Source: an uncultured virus (IMG/VR IMGVR_UViG_3300034110_001129)
Taxonomy: Duplodnaviria; Heunggongvirae; Uroviricota; Caudoviricetes
Virus record (IMG/VR): IMGVR_UViG_3300034110_001129
Strand: one strand, 5' to 3'
Length of the DNA: 64,000 nt
The position numbers and the translations under genes are program-made. Numbering within the stretch: position 1 is the stretch's first letter; each line of letters starts with the position of its first letter. Positions 1 through 10,511 of this stretch are shown piece after piece. The notes under the pieces were generated by a model. The model ran no database searches, had not been told where the DNA came from, and saw only the letters and a list, made by a program, of their open reading frames with translations.

Positions 1-1
1 A

Positions 2-505
2 GAAGCGGTCAAGAACTCACAAAAAGAAATTGGTGTCCAGTTGGATCGTCGTGGTAAGGTCTTTGATAGCTTGATTTCAACTGTAAAACAATACATGTCA
101 CATGAAAACAATGTGTTGACAAAAATTACAGAACTCAGACAAAAAACAGTCAGCACTAACTTAACGGCTGAAGAAAAAACAGAAGCAGAAAACGAATTGT
201 CTAAAATTGTTAGCAGCGGTAGCCTTCAAAGCGGTATCAGCATGACAATGGAAGCGTATCCAGATTTGAAAGCTAGCACGAACATGCTTCAACTTCAAGA
301 AGAAATCGTTTCCACTGAAAACAAATTGAACTTTGCTAAGAAAGGCTACAACAACAACGTTGAAACTTATTATGTTGCTAAGAAAAGCTTCCCAAACCTC
401 TTTTTACCAAAAATGTTTTCTGGTCTTAACCAAGAGTTTGAATACTGGTCATTGACAGAAGAACAAGTAAAAGTTGAAGAAGCAAGAAGAGTAGACTTTT
501 CTTAA
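2..505 (+). CDS. lemA: LemA family protein (5'-partial)
   Basis: Frame is open to the window edge. LemA motifs ..VKNSQKEIGVQLDRR, EAYPDLKAS.NMLQLQEEI..TENK....K.GYN..V..Y and FP; directly upstream of htpX, the usual pairing. Confidence 0.93.
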   Translation, partial: EAVKNSQKEIGVQLDRRGKVFDSLISTVKQYMSHENNVLTKITELRQKTVSTNLTAEEKTEAENELSKIVSSGSLQSGISMTMEAYPDLKASTNMLQLQEEIVSTENKLNFAKKGYNNNVETYYVAKKSFPNLFLPKMFSGLNQEFEYWSLTEEQVKVEEARRVDFS

Positions 506-523
506 TTAATTGGAGAACTAACT

Positions 524-1492
524 ATGGATTTTAGAGAAACAATTCGTAAAAACAATACTAGAACCAAGTTGGTAATAGGAACGTATGTTGTCATCATGCT
601 TTTTGTTGGCTTGCTGGCGGATGTAGCAATACGTCCTATTTATCCGCATAGTCTATCAGCAAGTCTTATGGGATACTTGAAATTCGTTCAAGTCCCTTAT
701 GTAACATTAATCATTCTTGCTGCAACAGGTATTGGTATTTTTGCAATATCGAAGTTTGGTCATAAAATGATGTTGTCTGGAACAGAGTATAAACTACTTG
801 ACCCAGAAGCTACGGGATCATTAGCACCAGAAGAAAAACAAGTGTTAAACATGATTCAAGAAATGGCATTAAGTGCAGGACTTCCTTACATACCGAAAGC
901 TTATATTCTTGAAACTGCTGACATGAATGCCTTTGCGGCAGGTTGGAATGCCGATAACGCACTGGTTGGTGTGACAAGAGGTTTAATTACAGCATTAAAC
1001 AGAAGTGAATCACAAGCGGTGATAGCTCATGAAATTGGACACATCATTCATGGTGACTCCAAACTTACTCTATATGTCGGTATTTTGGCAAACGTTATTC
1101 TTACGTTTACAAACATATTTGCACACATAGCGATGTTTTTTACGGGTGGTCGTAACAGTGAAGCATCAAACAAAGCCAGATTGCTTTTAATTGTCCTAAA
1201 CTTAGTATTACCGATTATTACTCAAGTCTTATACTTGTATCTGTCCAGAACAAGGGAATACATGGCGGACGCGGCTGCAGTTCAATTAACTGGTGACAAT
1301 CAAGCGATGATATCGGCATTAAAAAAGATCTCTGGTTATCATGAACAACATGATGGTGAAAAAGAAGACGTAACCAAAGTGGGTGAGCATTACAGAGGGG
1401 CTGCATACATCTTTAATAAAGGTGACTCAGTATTCTCAACACACCCATCTATTGAGAATCGTATTAAAAAGTTAAATGGTGAAAAAATATAA
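524..1492 (+). CDS. htpX: HtpX-like membrane zinc metalloprotease (M48)
   Basis: NAFAAG, HEIGH zinc motif, SRTREYMADA and FSTHPSIENRI motifs; several hydrophobic segments; GGAG RBS. Confidence 0.93.
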   Translation: MDFRETIRKNNTRTKLVIGTYVVIMLFVGLLADVAIRPIYPHSLSASLMGYLKFVQVPYVTLIILAATGIGIFAISKFGHKMMLSGTEYKLLDPEATGSLAPEEKQVLNMIQEMALSAGLPYIPKAYILETADMNAFAAGWNADNALVGVTRGLITALNRSESQAVIAHEIGHIIHGDSKLTLYVGILANVILTFTNIFAHIAMFFTGGRNSEASNKARLLLIVLNLVLPIITQVLYLYLSRTREYMADAAAVQLTGDNQAMISALKKISGYHEQHDGEKEDVTKVGEHYRGAAYIFNKGDSVFSTHPSIENRIKKLNGEKI

Positions 1493-1509
1493 ATGAATTG
1501 TAAAATAAG

Positions 1510-1535
1510 AAAGAGACAGAAATGTCTCTTTTTTT
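1510..1535 (+). terminator. Intrinsic terminator after lemA-htpX
   Basis: AAGAGACA-GAAA-TGTCTCTT stem followed by a T run. Confidence 0.8.
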
Positions 1536-1594
1536 ATTGTGTTGACTTTAACATGTCGTTTTGATATCCTATCCATTCTTAAAGGACAATTAAA

Positions 1595-2206
1595 ATGATA
1601 AAACGAATAAAAAGTAATGGCACTTATTTAACTATATTATCATTCATATTAACAACTATCAGTTATTGCACACAATCATTAACAATAGGCAAAAAACCCA
1701 ATGGGGAGATGTTAATGCTTTTGCTGATTGTCGCATTTGTTATGATATTAGTACTAGATTATCTTGTATTAAAAAAAAGAAAATTTATCCATATTAGTAA
1801 AATTGAAATAGTCATTTTTTTAGCTTTACTGATAACATTATTTATTGATAAATGCATCATTCAAGTGCCAATGACATTCATACTTTATCTCAGTTTGACA
1901 CATTATGGCTATCGGATAATCAATTACAAGAAAATAGAAGACTTAAAATTACAATTAAAATATGAAGATATCAGAAAAGTTTTAAGTTTAGAAAATGAAT
2001 GTATTGCTGTTAAAGGTGATATTAAAAACTACACCACTTATATTAGAGGTAAAGAAATTTCTTTTGATACTGAATATTCTCTTTTGTTTAAAAAGAAACG
2101 AATACATTTTGATATTGTCAGGCAACTACAGATTGATTTTAATAAAGCCTTTCTTTCTTTTGATGATGACGAACTTAAAGTAGCTGAAATGTATTCAATT
2201 CAATAG
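1595..2206 (+). CDS. Membrane protein (about 4 TM) related at the C-terminus to 43142/43831; carries the shared C-terminal motif
   Basis: Hydrophobic N-terminal half; ends FNK.F..FDDDELKVAEMYSIQ, like 43142/43831 (FNKKLYDFNQDEL.VVTMYS.K). Confidence 0.7.
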   Translation: MIKRIKSNGTYLTILSFILTTISYCTQSLTIGKKPNGEMLMLLLIVAFVMILVLDYLVLKKRKFIHISKIEIVIFLALLITLFIDKCIIQVPMTFILYLSLTHYGYRIINYKKIEDLKLQLKYEDIRKVLSLENECIAVKGDIKNYTTYIRGKEISFDTEYSLLFKKKRIHFDIVRQLQIDFNKAFLSFDDDELKVAEMYSIQ

Positions 2207-2229
2207 AAAAGAGGCCGTAGCCTCTTTTT

Positions 2230-2808
2230 TTACATCTTAAATTTTTTAAGTGTTTTAGGTTTCATCTGTTCAATAAGAATAGTTGCTTTCTCTGCTTGTC
2301 TTTTCAATGAAACATTGTCTATTATTAACAAGTCATTTAATGGCTTCCACTGATATCCTTTACATTCAACTTCATTCAGCTCAATGGATACCTTTGCTGG
2401 AGCTTTAAACGCATAACGAACGTCAAAGTGCCAATGTTCAGCTTCATCTTTCTTAGCTGAGTAAGGAATACGGTGAATATCAATGTCAAAAATTTGCGGA
2501 ATTAATGCAGTCATATCTTTAACACCAGTTTCTTCATCCACTTCTCTGGATGCTGCTTGAAAAATAGTCTCCCCAGCATCTCCATGACCACCCGGTGACA
2601 ACCACATGTCATACTTAGCATGATGAATTAACAATACCTTTTTTAAGTCATCACTTAAAATGAATGCGGAGCACGTTACATGACCTATATCATCTTGTCT
2701 AGAAAAAATATCAGTTCTTTTCTCTAAATAATCAATTAATACTTCGGCATGTTGAGTTGGATGTTTTTTTAAATAGTCTATAATTGCTTTATGATCTAAA
2801 TTACTCAA
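2230..2808 (-). CDS. Nudix hydrolase
   Basis: GHVTCSA, W..PGGH.D.GE...QAASREVDEETG Nudix box, H.HFDVRY; Lys-rich C-terminal tail. Confidence 0.9.
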   Translation of the reverse strand: MSNLDHKAIIDYLKKHPTQHAEVLIDYLEKRTDIFSRQDDIGHVTCSAFILSDDLKKVLLIHHAKYDMWLSPGGHGDAGETIFQAASREVDEETGVKDMTALIPQIFDIDIHRIPYSAKKDEAEHWHFDVRYAFKAPAKVSIELNEVECKGYQWKPLNDLLIIDNVSLKRQAEKATILIEQMKPKTLKKFKM

Positions 2809-2884
2809 TTTTTTTCTCCATTATCAATAAGTAAATTTTACCATAAAACCAGTAATAAACAAATAAAATGTTTCGTATCGTATT

Positions 2885-2933
2885 CCTAATGATAATTATT
2901 ACCATTGACTTTTATAAAAAAAAATGTTATAAG
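2885..2933 (+). promoter_or_regulatory. Sigma70 promoter with adjacent Fur-box-like site
   Basis: TTGACT(2905-2910)-17bp-TATAAG with TG extension; CCTAATGATAATTATTACC (2885-2903) matches the 19-bp Fur consensus at 15/19. Confidence 0.5.
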
Positions 2934-2961
2934 TAAGTAACTAAATCGTAGGAGGTTTATC

Positions 2962-3135
2962 ATGCTTAGATGGTCATTTACATTCCTTATATTAGCATTA
3001 GTCGCTGGACTATTAGGTTTTACAACAATCGCTGGTGCCGCAATGGGTATCGCAAAGGTATTGTTTGTTCTATTCTTAATCGCTTGTCTTATCACGTTCT
3101 TTATTGGTAGGAAAGCTATATCAAAGATAACCTGA
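2962..3135 (+). CDS. DUF1328/UPF0391 (YtjA-like) small membrane protein, 57 aa, absent from the ORF track
   Basis: Manual translation [66 protein letters not shown]; typical GF..IAGAA..IAK.LF motif. Confidence 0.88.
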   Translation: MLRWSFTFLILALVAGLLGFTTIAGAAMGIAKVLFVLFLIACLITFFIGRKAISKIT

Positions 3136-3248
3136 CATCAGGAAAGAAACATCCTAAAATAATAAAGAATCAAAAAAACAAATGGCAACGAAAGTTGCCT
3201 TTTTTATGAACAAAAAAATGCCACCGAAGCGACATTATAAAATTTAAC

Positions 3249-3899
3249 TTATTTTGTTGTGGTTGACATTAAGCCAGTATAGATGCCTTTCAAGTAATCA
3301 TCGTCTTCTTTATACGTGTCATTGTCCATTTTAATGGCATTGAGTTCCGTAATTAAATCAGTGGTGCTGATTTCTAGGATAAGTGAATAATCGGCTGAAT
3401 GAGCAACTTTGATAATATAATTATCTTTAACAAACTCATTTTCAAACATACCCTTATTGACCCATCCTGTGCTAATCAAATAATCAATCATATCATGCTT
3501 GTAAAATTCAGACTGTCTTTCTGCTGAAATCACATAAGATGGATAACGATAATCCGATTTAAAACTAATCGCTTGAATCAACAGATCCACTTTATAGACT
3601 TTTTCATGTGAATAGGAAAGTCGAGTGATAATATTACCATCTTCTCTCAAATAGTATTCAAGCTTTGAAAGATCACTCACATCAGTATCCACAACAATAG
3701 GTTCAGGAACTTTACTGTCAGAAGCAATAAAACCATCATTTTCACGTTTTGATTTATATCCTTCAACGGTCAGTTGTTTATGCTCACCTAGATGACTGAT
3801 AAGGGCTGGAATGTCATCTTTATACGTTTGTTCATTATCTGCTAAGGCACCCAATGAAATCATTGCAACTACGATACCTAAAATATATTGCTTAACCAT
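3249..3899 (-). CDS. Secreted hypothetical protein
   Basis: 216-aa ORF with a Sec-type signal peptide (..GALA-D) and GGAG RBS. Confidence 0.7.
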   Translation of the reverse strand: MVKQYILGIVVAMISLGALADNEQTYKDDIPALISHLGEHKQLTVEGYKSKRENDGFIASDSKVPEPIVVDTDVSDLSKLEYYLREDGNIITRLSYSHEKVYKVDLLIQAISFKSDYRYPSYVISAERQSEFYKHDMIDYLISTGWVNKGMFENEFVKDNYIIKVAHSADYSLILEISTTDLITELNAIKMDNDTYKEDDDYLKGIYTGLMSTTTK

Positions 3900-3986
3900 C
3901 TAGCTCCATCTCCTTGTTGTTTCGTTATAATAGTTGATCAATATATCTTAATCGCAGAAAAAAATCAAATGAAATAAATGACATAT

Positions 3987-4238
3987 TTAGCCATTTGAAC
4001 AGCCTTCCCCCATTATACTGTATTCTAGATTATGCTTATTACCTTTGGAGTCAAGATAAAGCATATGCGTAGTAACGACCTTGCATTCATCTGGTGGTGT
4101 ATCTATTTTAATGACCTTAGCAATATCCAACTGTGTTCCATAATGATAATGCTCAACTGAAATTTGTTCTTTTATGTCGTGTGCAAATGACAATTGAAAA
4201 GAACTGATTAATAATATGGATACGATGATTTTGCTCAT
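3987..4238 (-). CDS. DUF2790-like small secreted protein
   Basis: Signal peptide; Y.YG..LDIAKVI...C.VV...M.Y.DSKG..H.LEY...G.GC pattern. Confidence 0.8.
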   Translation of the reverse strand: MSKIIVSILLISSFQLSFAHDIKEQISVEHYHYGTQLDIAKVIKIDTPPDECKVVTTHMLYLDSKGNKHNLEYSIMGEGCSNG

Positions 4239-4400
4239 GATTTTTTAGCCTCGTTAGTTGTTGATTAAAGTATAGATCGTTATTTTTAAATGATTAGAGC
4301 AAATGTTATACAATATCTTTTACAAAATTTAATACAATTGAACTTACATAAAAAAAAGACCTTAAGAAAAGGTCTTTTTAATCAACAATTAAAAGTTAAA

Positions 4401-4658
4401 TTATTGAGTGCAACCATCAGCTAATACTTGATATTCCATTGTGTGTTGAATGCCTTTTGAATCTAGGTATGTCATTGTAGCCGGAACAGCTTCACACACA
4501 TCATTGGGGATTTTCGACATTGATATAACTTTCGCAACATCCATCTTGTCACCATACTTGTAAGGCTCTGGTTGGTTTTGTGTGCTAACAGCCGGTGCAG
4601 CAAAAGCGGCTGATGATATTATTAATGAACCTAATAGTGCATAAATATACTTACTCAT
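4401..4658 (-). CDS. DUF2790-like small secreted protein (paralog)
   Basis: Signal peptide; YKYGDKMDVAKVIS...C..VPA.M.Y.DSKG..H..EY....GC. Confidence 0.8.
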   Translation of the reverse strand: MSKYIYALLGSLIISSAAFAAPAVSTQNQPEPYKYGDKMDVAKVISMSKIPNDVCEAVPATMTYLDSKGIQHTMEYQVLADGCTQ

Positions 4659-4870
4659 AATTCAATCTCCTAATGTTTATGAATTATATAATAGCACATT
4701 ATATAAAAATGATTAGATATTAAAAATGATAATCATTATTGCCAATAAAGAAACAATGAAAAATATTTTTAAAAATAATTTTGAAAATTATCATAAATAG
4801 TTTCTTTTTCTTTTGACTTATATTCCAAAAATAGTATTATAGTAATAAAACCATAATAATAAAAATCACC

Positions 4871-5893
4871 ATGAACATAAAACAAAAAATCCTAGCTTTA
4901 TCGGTGGCTGCTACTGTAGGCACCATTTCTTATGCAAATTATACAATTATTATCAATCCAGATAAATCAAGTATTTCATTTTCTAAGCCACAGTGGGTTC
5001 AAACTGATGCCAAATTTGTTGCATGGGTCGATCCTGAAAAAGATAATGAATTTTATAGATATGAATGTAAAACATGGACGCCTGCTCCAGAAACAGAAGC
5101 GGTAGGTAAAAAATTTACTCAAACATCCAATGATTGCAAAGGTAAACAGTTTGCTCAAATGGTCGCTCAAGAAGTTAATAATGTCACCAAAGAACTTCGT
5201 GATGTAGGTGAACCTTATGTAGATACTAACAATGAAAAGGTATTAACTAACCTTACAAATACACAAGAAGCTATTGGTACCAAGAGTGTCTACTTAACCA
5301 TCCTTAATCCAGTTCAAGGGCAAAGCGGTATTTATCAAATATCCGATGGTAAAAGTGGTAGTTTCCCAGCTTACGTTAACATGACTGATGGTGGTGGGAA
5401 CTGGATTTTAATTTCTAGATGGACATCTTCTCCAAGTGGCTCTGTTGCTTGGAATACATTTGGTGTAAAAGGAAATAAAATGGCAACTTACACAAATAAT
5501 GCGAGTGCTTACCCAGTCATTCCAAATAACAGCATAAATGAAAGTAGTCAAATGATGGTTAAAAGCTACAATAATTCATGGATAGCTTCATTTGGTACAT
5601 GGCAATCATTTGCAACATTCTCAGCTAATACGGTAATAGGATCAAGCGGATTTCCTGTAAATACATCAATAGGTTCAAAAACTATGTATATAAGAGCAAA
5701 TGGTTGGAATACTGTTATCCCACAAGACATGACAAGTATAGTAGGTTTATTCAATAAATATGGTAACAGTGGTGTATGTGGTGGTGCAAACGTTGTAGGT
5801 TCAAATAAAATGTGTATAACTTATACTAATGACAATGGATCTCATTTTGATTCAACTAGTCTAAAAGAATTTTATATAAAATCTTTAAACTAA
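4871..5893 (+). CDS. Secreted adhesin-like protein with one Cys repeat and a fibrinogen-C-like C-terminal domain
   Basis: Signal peptide; C..W.P.P......FTQT..C repeat shared with 12562/14504; SGIYQI...AYVNMTDGGGNWILI resembles the start of a fibrinogen-C domain. Confidence 0.6.
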   Translation: MNIKQKILALSVAATVGTISYANYTIIINPDKSSISFSKPQWVQTDAKFVAWVDPEKDNEFYRYECKTWTPAPETEAVGKKFTQTSNDCKGKQFAQMVAQEVNNVTKELRDVGEPYVDTNNEKVLTNLTNTQEAIGTKSVYLTILNPVQGQSGIYQISDGKSGSFPAYVNMTDGGGNWILISRWTSSPSGSVAWNTFGVKGNKMATYTNNASAYPVIPNNSINESSQMMVKSYNNSWIASFGTWQSFATFSANTVIGSSGFPVNTSIGSKTMYIRANGWNTVIPQDMTSIVGLFNKYGNSGVCGGANVVGSNKMCITYTNDNGSHFDSTSLKEFYIKSLN

Positions 5894-5939
5894 AAAAAGA
5901 CCTCTTAGGAGGTCTTTTTTTTACATAAAAGTTATACAG

Positions 5940-6902
5940 TTACATATGCCAAGGTTGACGTTTTTCTGCATTACCAGACAAGCTGTCGTGATTAGCTGTT
6001 GTATGTGGTTGTAAAAATTTAACATTAACCTTATCTTCAAGCTGTCTAATCAATTCAAGTTGTACATCCATATAGAATGCTTCTGTTTTTAAAGCACCAG
6101 CCATATGATAAGAAATACAAATATCGGCAAGATATCGTCCTTTAAACTCTGGATATGTTTCCATTTTGTCATAACTAACAGAGAACTGTTTATAAATCGC
6201 ATTTGCTCGCTCAATAGAAATATCGGCACTCTCAATATAAGATTTGATTCGTTGTGCTTTTACTGTTTGTTCTTCGAGATAGTTTTTGATTTTATCACTC
6301 AATCGGTCATCCAGTTGTCGAACGTCTGTATTAGCTGGCTGCGTCAAATGCCTATCAAGATTACTATCAATAAGGCTTTTAATGTCATCGTCAACTGACA
6401 TTTCCAACAACACAGTATCCAAATCAAAACCAATACTACTGAAAAAATCTGTAACGGATTTTCCAACAACACCTACTTTTTTAAGAAATTTGTGTAATTC
6501 AACTTCGTCAATAGCAACACCACTGGCATGGAGTGTTTTAATCATGTCCAAATAGTGTGAAGATTCAAGCATATCGACATACGTGTAATCACCATTCTTG
6601 GCATTAGTTGTAATACGAACTTGATGACCACGAGAGTCTGGAAAGTAATCAGACGATTTAAATGTATAACCAGCATCTTCCAGTTTAGCAAAGATATCGT
6701 TCCAATCATAGACAACTGATTTTTTAGTATAACTGGTTAAAATAACATGTTTGAGAATCATGTGGATAAATTTCAACCATTTATCATTACCTCGATCTTG
6801 CCAAGGTGAATATACTCGTTTAGAAATCTTTTTCTTAAAGGTAGATGCGTCCTCAGTAAAAAACAAATCCAAGTCTCTGTCAATCAAATGGTGGCGTGCC
6901 AT
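5940..6902 (-). CDS. Hypothetical protein
   Basis: Long ORF; start moved to the ATG downstream of the GGAG RBS. Confidence 0.7.
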   Translation of the reverse strand: MARHHLIDRDLDLFFTEDASTFKKKISKRVYSPWQDRGNDKWLKFIHMILKHVILTSYTKKSVVYDWNDIFAKLEDAGYTFKSSDYFPDSRGHQVRITTNAKNGDYTYVDMLESSHYLDMIKTLHASGVAIDEVELHKFLKKVGVVGKSVTDFFSSIGFDLDTVLLEMSVDDDIKSLIDSNLDRHLTQPANTDVRQLDDRLSDKIKNYLEEQTVKAQRIKSYIESADISIERANAIYKQFSVSYDKMETYPEFKGRYLADICISYHMAGALKTEAFYMDVQLELIRQLEDKVNVKFLQPHTTANHDSLSGNAEKRQPWHM

Positions 6903-6963
6903 AAAAAAACTCTCCAAATAAATTAGAGAGATAGTATATCAAACATAACTAAATAGATCAATA

Positions 6964-7671
6964 TTATTTGATAGCTGGGAGATCAAACAATAAAAACTCC
7001 GAATTGCCAACAGAAGTTATATTCACACTTTCTTCACCAGTAATCATCAACGCATCACCAGCTTTCAAGTCAAAACCGCTCACTTTCAAATGACCTTTTG
7101 CTATTTGTATGTAAACACAACGATTATTGTAATTAGTATGATGTAATTTATGACCTTCTTCTAAAACACTCGCATAAATTTTTACATCCTGTTTGATAAT
7201 CATTGAATCTTCCTGACCTGCATCAGAAATTATTAATTTCAATTTATTCAATTTTGAGTCAGTTGAAAAATGCTCTTGTTGATAGGTTGGTTGCGTGTCC
7301 TTTTGGTTGGGAATAATCCATATCTGTAGCAAATGCACTGGCTTATCATGAGACGGATTATATTCACTGTGTTGAACACCATAACCAGTGCTCATCAACT
7401 GAACATCACCCGCTTTAATAATTGAACCTGTTCCTAATGTATCCTTATGTTGTAATTCACCATCTAATACATAAGTAAAGATTTCCATATTATTATGTGG
7501 GTGTTGAGCAAATCCATGATCTGGGCCGATGATGTCATCATTGATGACTCTTAGATAAGAAAAATGCATGTTGTCTGGATCGTAATACGAAGCAAATGAA
7601 AATGAATGATGACTTTTCAACCAACCATGATCCACATAGCCTATATCTTTTGAGCGTTTAACTTCTATCAT
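6964..7671 (-). CDS. yhhW: Pirin family protein (YhhW-like)
   Basis: HGWLKS.HSFSFASYYDP, LRVINDD, HPH.NMEI.TYV..G.L.H.D, G..HSE.N and LLQIWI motifs. Confidence 0.9.
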   Translation of the reverse strand: MIEVKRSKDIGYVDHGWLKSHHSFSFASYYDPDNMHFSYLRVINDDIIGPDHGFAQHPHNNMEIFTYVLDGELQHKDTLGTGSIIKAGDVQLMSTGYGVQHSEYNPSHDKPVHLLQIWIIPNQKDTQPTYQQEHFSTDSKLNKLKLIISDAGQEDSMIIKQDVKIYASVLEEGHKLHHTNYNNRCVYIQIAKGHLKVSGFDLKAGDALMITGEESVNITSVGNSEFLLFDLPAIK

Positions 7672-7830
7672 ACATCCTCCTGTATTTGTTTAACTCAATT
7701 ATGATATATAAATGAAAATAAACAATAATACAAAAATGAGAAAGTCTTTATCATAACGATGAAAAATAGAAAAATCCATATAGCCGAAACTATACAGATT
7801 TTAAATGGTTTTTACTTCATGATACCAAAA

Positions 7831-8817
7831 TTAAGCGGCAATCATATGTTTTAACACATCTTCATATTTATCGTATGGCACATGCTCAAGCTTCTTAACC
7901 AAACCAGACAAGAGCTTGTCTTTAAACTTATTGACATAATTGTCAGAATAAGCGTCCAAAATCTCAAAATAGTTCTCAACAGCAAAGTCACGAAAAAATC
8001 CAGAGCACAAAGTGGTGCAGATACGCTGCAGTGCATCCTTGTAAGCTAACTGAGGGTCTTTGTAGTGTCCCTTCCTTAGAATGATGTAACGTTCCAAGGC
8101 AATCACATAGGCTTCTTCTTGAACACATCGAACCTTGTATTCATGGGGAAGGTTGTGGAACATATCCTTTTCACACCATGCTTTTGAAAAGTCTTTTTTC
8201 ATCATTTCATACACTGGACGCTCATAATGCTTAATTGCTTCGTGAATGTCATCATGTTCAAACACATAGCCCACTACATTTTTAGAGCGGTCAAAGAAAT
8301 CTTCATTCGTTCTATTCAAAGTAGGCAAGCGTTTATTGATACGATCTTTTGTCTCTTGCAAACGAAGATCATAATACAGTTGATAAGTTTTAACTTTTTT
8401 CTTATCAATGACCGTTTTCAACAAAGAATAGTCAGCAATACTTTTATCGTAATGAATAGGATAATGAATATGGGATTTCTTAGTCAAATAAAGCACTTCG
8501 CTGTTTACAAAATGAAAATCATTACCAAAAGAATCACTAAACATACCTGCTGAAATAACGGATTGATTGTCCAGTAACCATTGTGAAGATCCCTTAAATG
8601 AGATTTCAATTTCATAATGCTGAATATGTTTGTCACTCAATCGCAAAGAGTATTTTGTAGATGATGTTGGAACCATTTTTGTAATAAATGGCTGATTTTT
8701 TGAGATGAAAGCAGTAAAGTCATCCAGCGACATCACAACATCAATGTCCGATTTATTAAATCGGGCAAGGTTGTTGTTTAAATTTAAGTGTAAGGCTTTT
8801 GATCCCAAAACAATCAT
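7831..8817 (-). CDS. Conserved phage-type protein with an N-terminal nucleotidyltransferase-like motif
   Basis: N-terminal GS.A...SDID signature; C-terminal HD..H...P.Y, C..EEAYVIALER, CT..SG.FR.F..ENY pattern typical of large phages. Confidence 0.55.
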   Translation of the reverse strand: MIVLGSKALHLNLNNNLARFNKSDIDVVMSLDDFTAFISKNQPFITKMVPTSSTKYSLRLSDKHIQHYEIEISFKGSSQWLLDNQSVISAGMFSDSFGNDFHFVNSEVLYLTKKSHIHYPIHYDKSIADYSLLKTVIDKKKVKTYQLYYDLRLQETKDRINKRLPTLNRTNEDFFDRSKNVVGYVFEHDDIHEAIKHYERPVYEMMKKDFSKAWCEKDMFHNLPHEYKVRCVQEEAYVIALERYIILRKGHYKDPQLAYKDALQRICTTLCSGFFRDFAVENYFEILDAYSDNYVNKFKDKLLSGLVKKLEHVPYDKYEDVLKHMIAA

Positions 8818-8819
8818 TG

Positions 8820-9110
8820 TTAGTCCTCTTTATTGTCTTCTTCATCGTCTTCTGGTTCTTCTTCGTATTCCTCAGATTCAGATGATTCTTCTTCTTCATA
8901 TTCTTCTGGAACACCAATTTCGCTGGTTTGCATAATCTTTACAAGCTCTTTTTCATCAATAAAGATAGGCACATTTTTTTCAATGGCTAATTTACGAATA
9001 TCTTGAACTTTCGACTGAATGTCAGCCAGCGTTCTAATGTTGCCTTCTCGCACTGACTGATAAAGGTCACGCACTTTCTTTGACACTAGTTCAATATCTT
9101 CTATATTCAT
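8820..9110 (-). CDS. Hypothetical protein with acidic tail
   Basis: 96 aa, overlaps the upstream stop by 1 nt, Glu-rich C-terminus. Confidence 0.65.
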   Translation of the reverse strand: MNIEDIELVSKKVRDLYQSVREGNIRTLADIQSKVQDIRKLAIEKNVPIFIDEKELVKIMQTSEIGVPEEYEEEESSESEEYEEEPEDDEEDNKED

Positions 9111-10180
9111 TAGTCTCTCCTAATTTTTGACTGTAGTTCTGGTGCAACAATACTGGTTAATGATCGTGATATATAAATAGTGCCCGTTACTTTTACGGTG
9201 TCCATAATCGCAACAATCAATGAGTTATCAATCATTAAATCGCCATGTACAGTGATATTTTGCAAAATAGGCAATTGGGCTGATGACAGTCTTAAATCTC
9301 CGTTAAACACTGAATCTTTTGGAATACCTACACAACATTTAAACTCAATTTCACTTTCATATCGACCACAAGAAAAAATAGATCCTTCTGGCATAATAAT
9401 AACCGGGTGTTCTTCATCGATTAAATGACCAAAGATTAAGCAATCTTCATAACTGACTGACTTGTTGATTGAGTGAAAATGCGTTAACACATTTTTAACA
9501 TGTTCTTCTGGGATAAATCCTCTGTTAGCAAACCCTTTCGCCTGAACAATGCGGTAATATCCTTTATGTTTATCTACCACTTCAATAGTCAACATAGGTT
9601 TGTTTTCTGCTGTACGATATGTTAACACTTTTGAATAATCTCGACCATAATAGCTATCCACACAATGAGACATCATTTTACTTTCATATGAAAACTGATC
9701 TTTGCTAACCAGTTCAGCCAAAAAACAATCATTGTCGAAGACTTTGATTAAATTAAGACCGTCCATATTCACTGGAATAGCTTTTCTTTTAGGTTTAGCA
9801 AAACTTTTGTGCCATACATCTGATTGTTCGTAAGCTACGTCAAAAGGCATACCAGCAATATTCACTGATTTGCTTTCAAGGTGTTTCAAGTAATCTACAA
9901 CCTGAGACATTTTGTTTTTGAAAGCTGTTGATTTTTTGAAGTGATAAATCTTTTCTTTATTCTCAACTGCTTTTTGAATAACCACTGGAACATCTTGGTT
10001 ATTGAAATAAGAATAAACGGAATCTCGCTCCAATTCAGCCACATTTTTATAAGTGGTCATGAGATAATGAGATAATTTCTTATTAAACCAGTGTTTAAGT
10101 TGTTCTTCTTTGATGGGGGTGATGAGTTGTTCTAAAAAACTCTGCACTTCGTGGTAGTTAATGTATACTTTATGTGTCAT
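9110..10180 (-). CDS. PcfJ-like domain protein
   Basis: W-H..., ES.MM.HCV.SY, TIEV and Q.KG..N pattern. Confidence 0.6.
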   Translation of the reverse strand: MTHKVYINYHEVQSFLEQLITPIKEEQLKHWFNKKLSHYLMTTYKNVAELERDSVYSYFNNQDVPVVIQKAVENKEKIYHFKKSTAFKNKMSQVVDYLKHLESKSVNIAGMPFDVAYEQSDVWHKSFAKPKRKAIPVNMDGLNLIKVFDNDCFLAELVSKDQFSYESKMMSHCVDSYYGRDYSKVLTYRTAENKPMLTIEVVDKHKGYYRIVQAKGFANRGFIPEEHVKNVLTHFHSINKSVSYEDCLIFGHLIDEEHPVIIMPEGSIFSCGRYESEIEFKCCVGIPKDSVFNGDLRLSSAQLPILQNITVHGDLMIDNSLIVAIMDTVKVTGTIYISRSLTSIVAPELQSKIRRD

Positions 10181-10511
10181 TTTTTATCCCTTTTCTATTT
10201 AAATATTTTACCATCAAATGATAGAAAAATCAAGTTTTTTATTGATTTAAAAGTGCTGTAAAACATTGATTTTAATGGGTTTTAAATAAACATTATAGTA
10301 TTTTAAAATTCTCAAAATAAGCGTATTTTTTTCGCATTTTCATAATTACGCCATGTCATATCATAATAACTAAAACAGTGCAATAGATTATAACAATAAA
10401 CATTTACATCACCATCAAAGTTAAAATAGAAAATGTCTATATTTAAGTATGAAACATATTGACATTTCTATATTATGATGTATACTTATCGACTCACTCA
10501 AAACAGGAGAA

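Noticed and set aside
2886..3095. Minus-strand 69-aa ORF
   Set aside because: Antisense shadow of the plus-strand DUF1328 gene (2962-3135), which has RBS, promoter and family motif.
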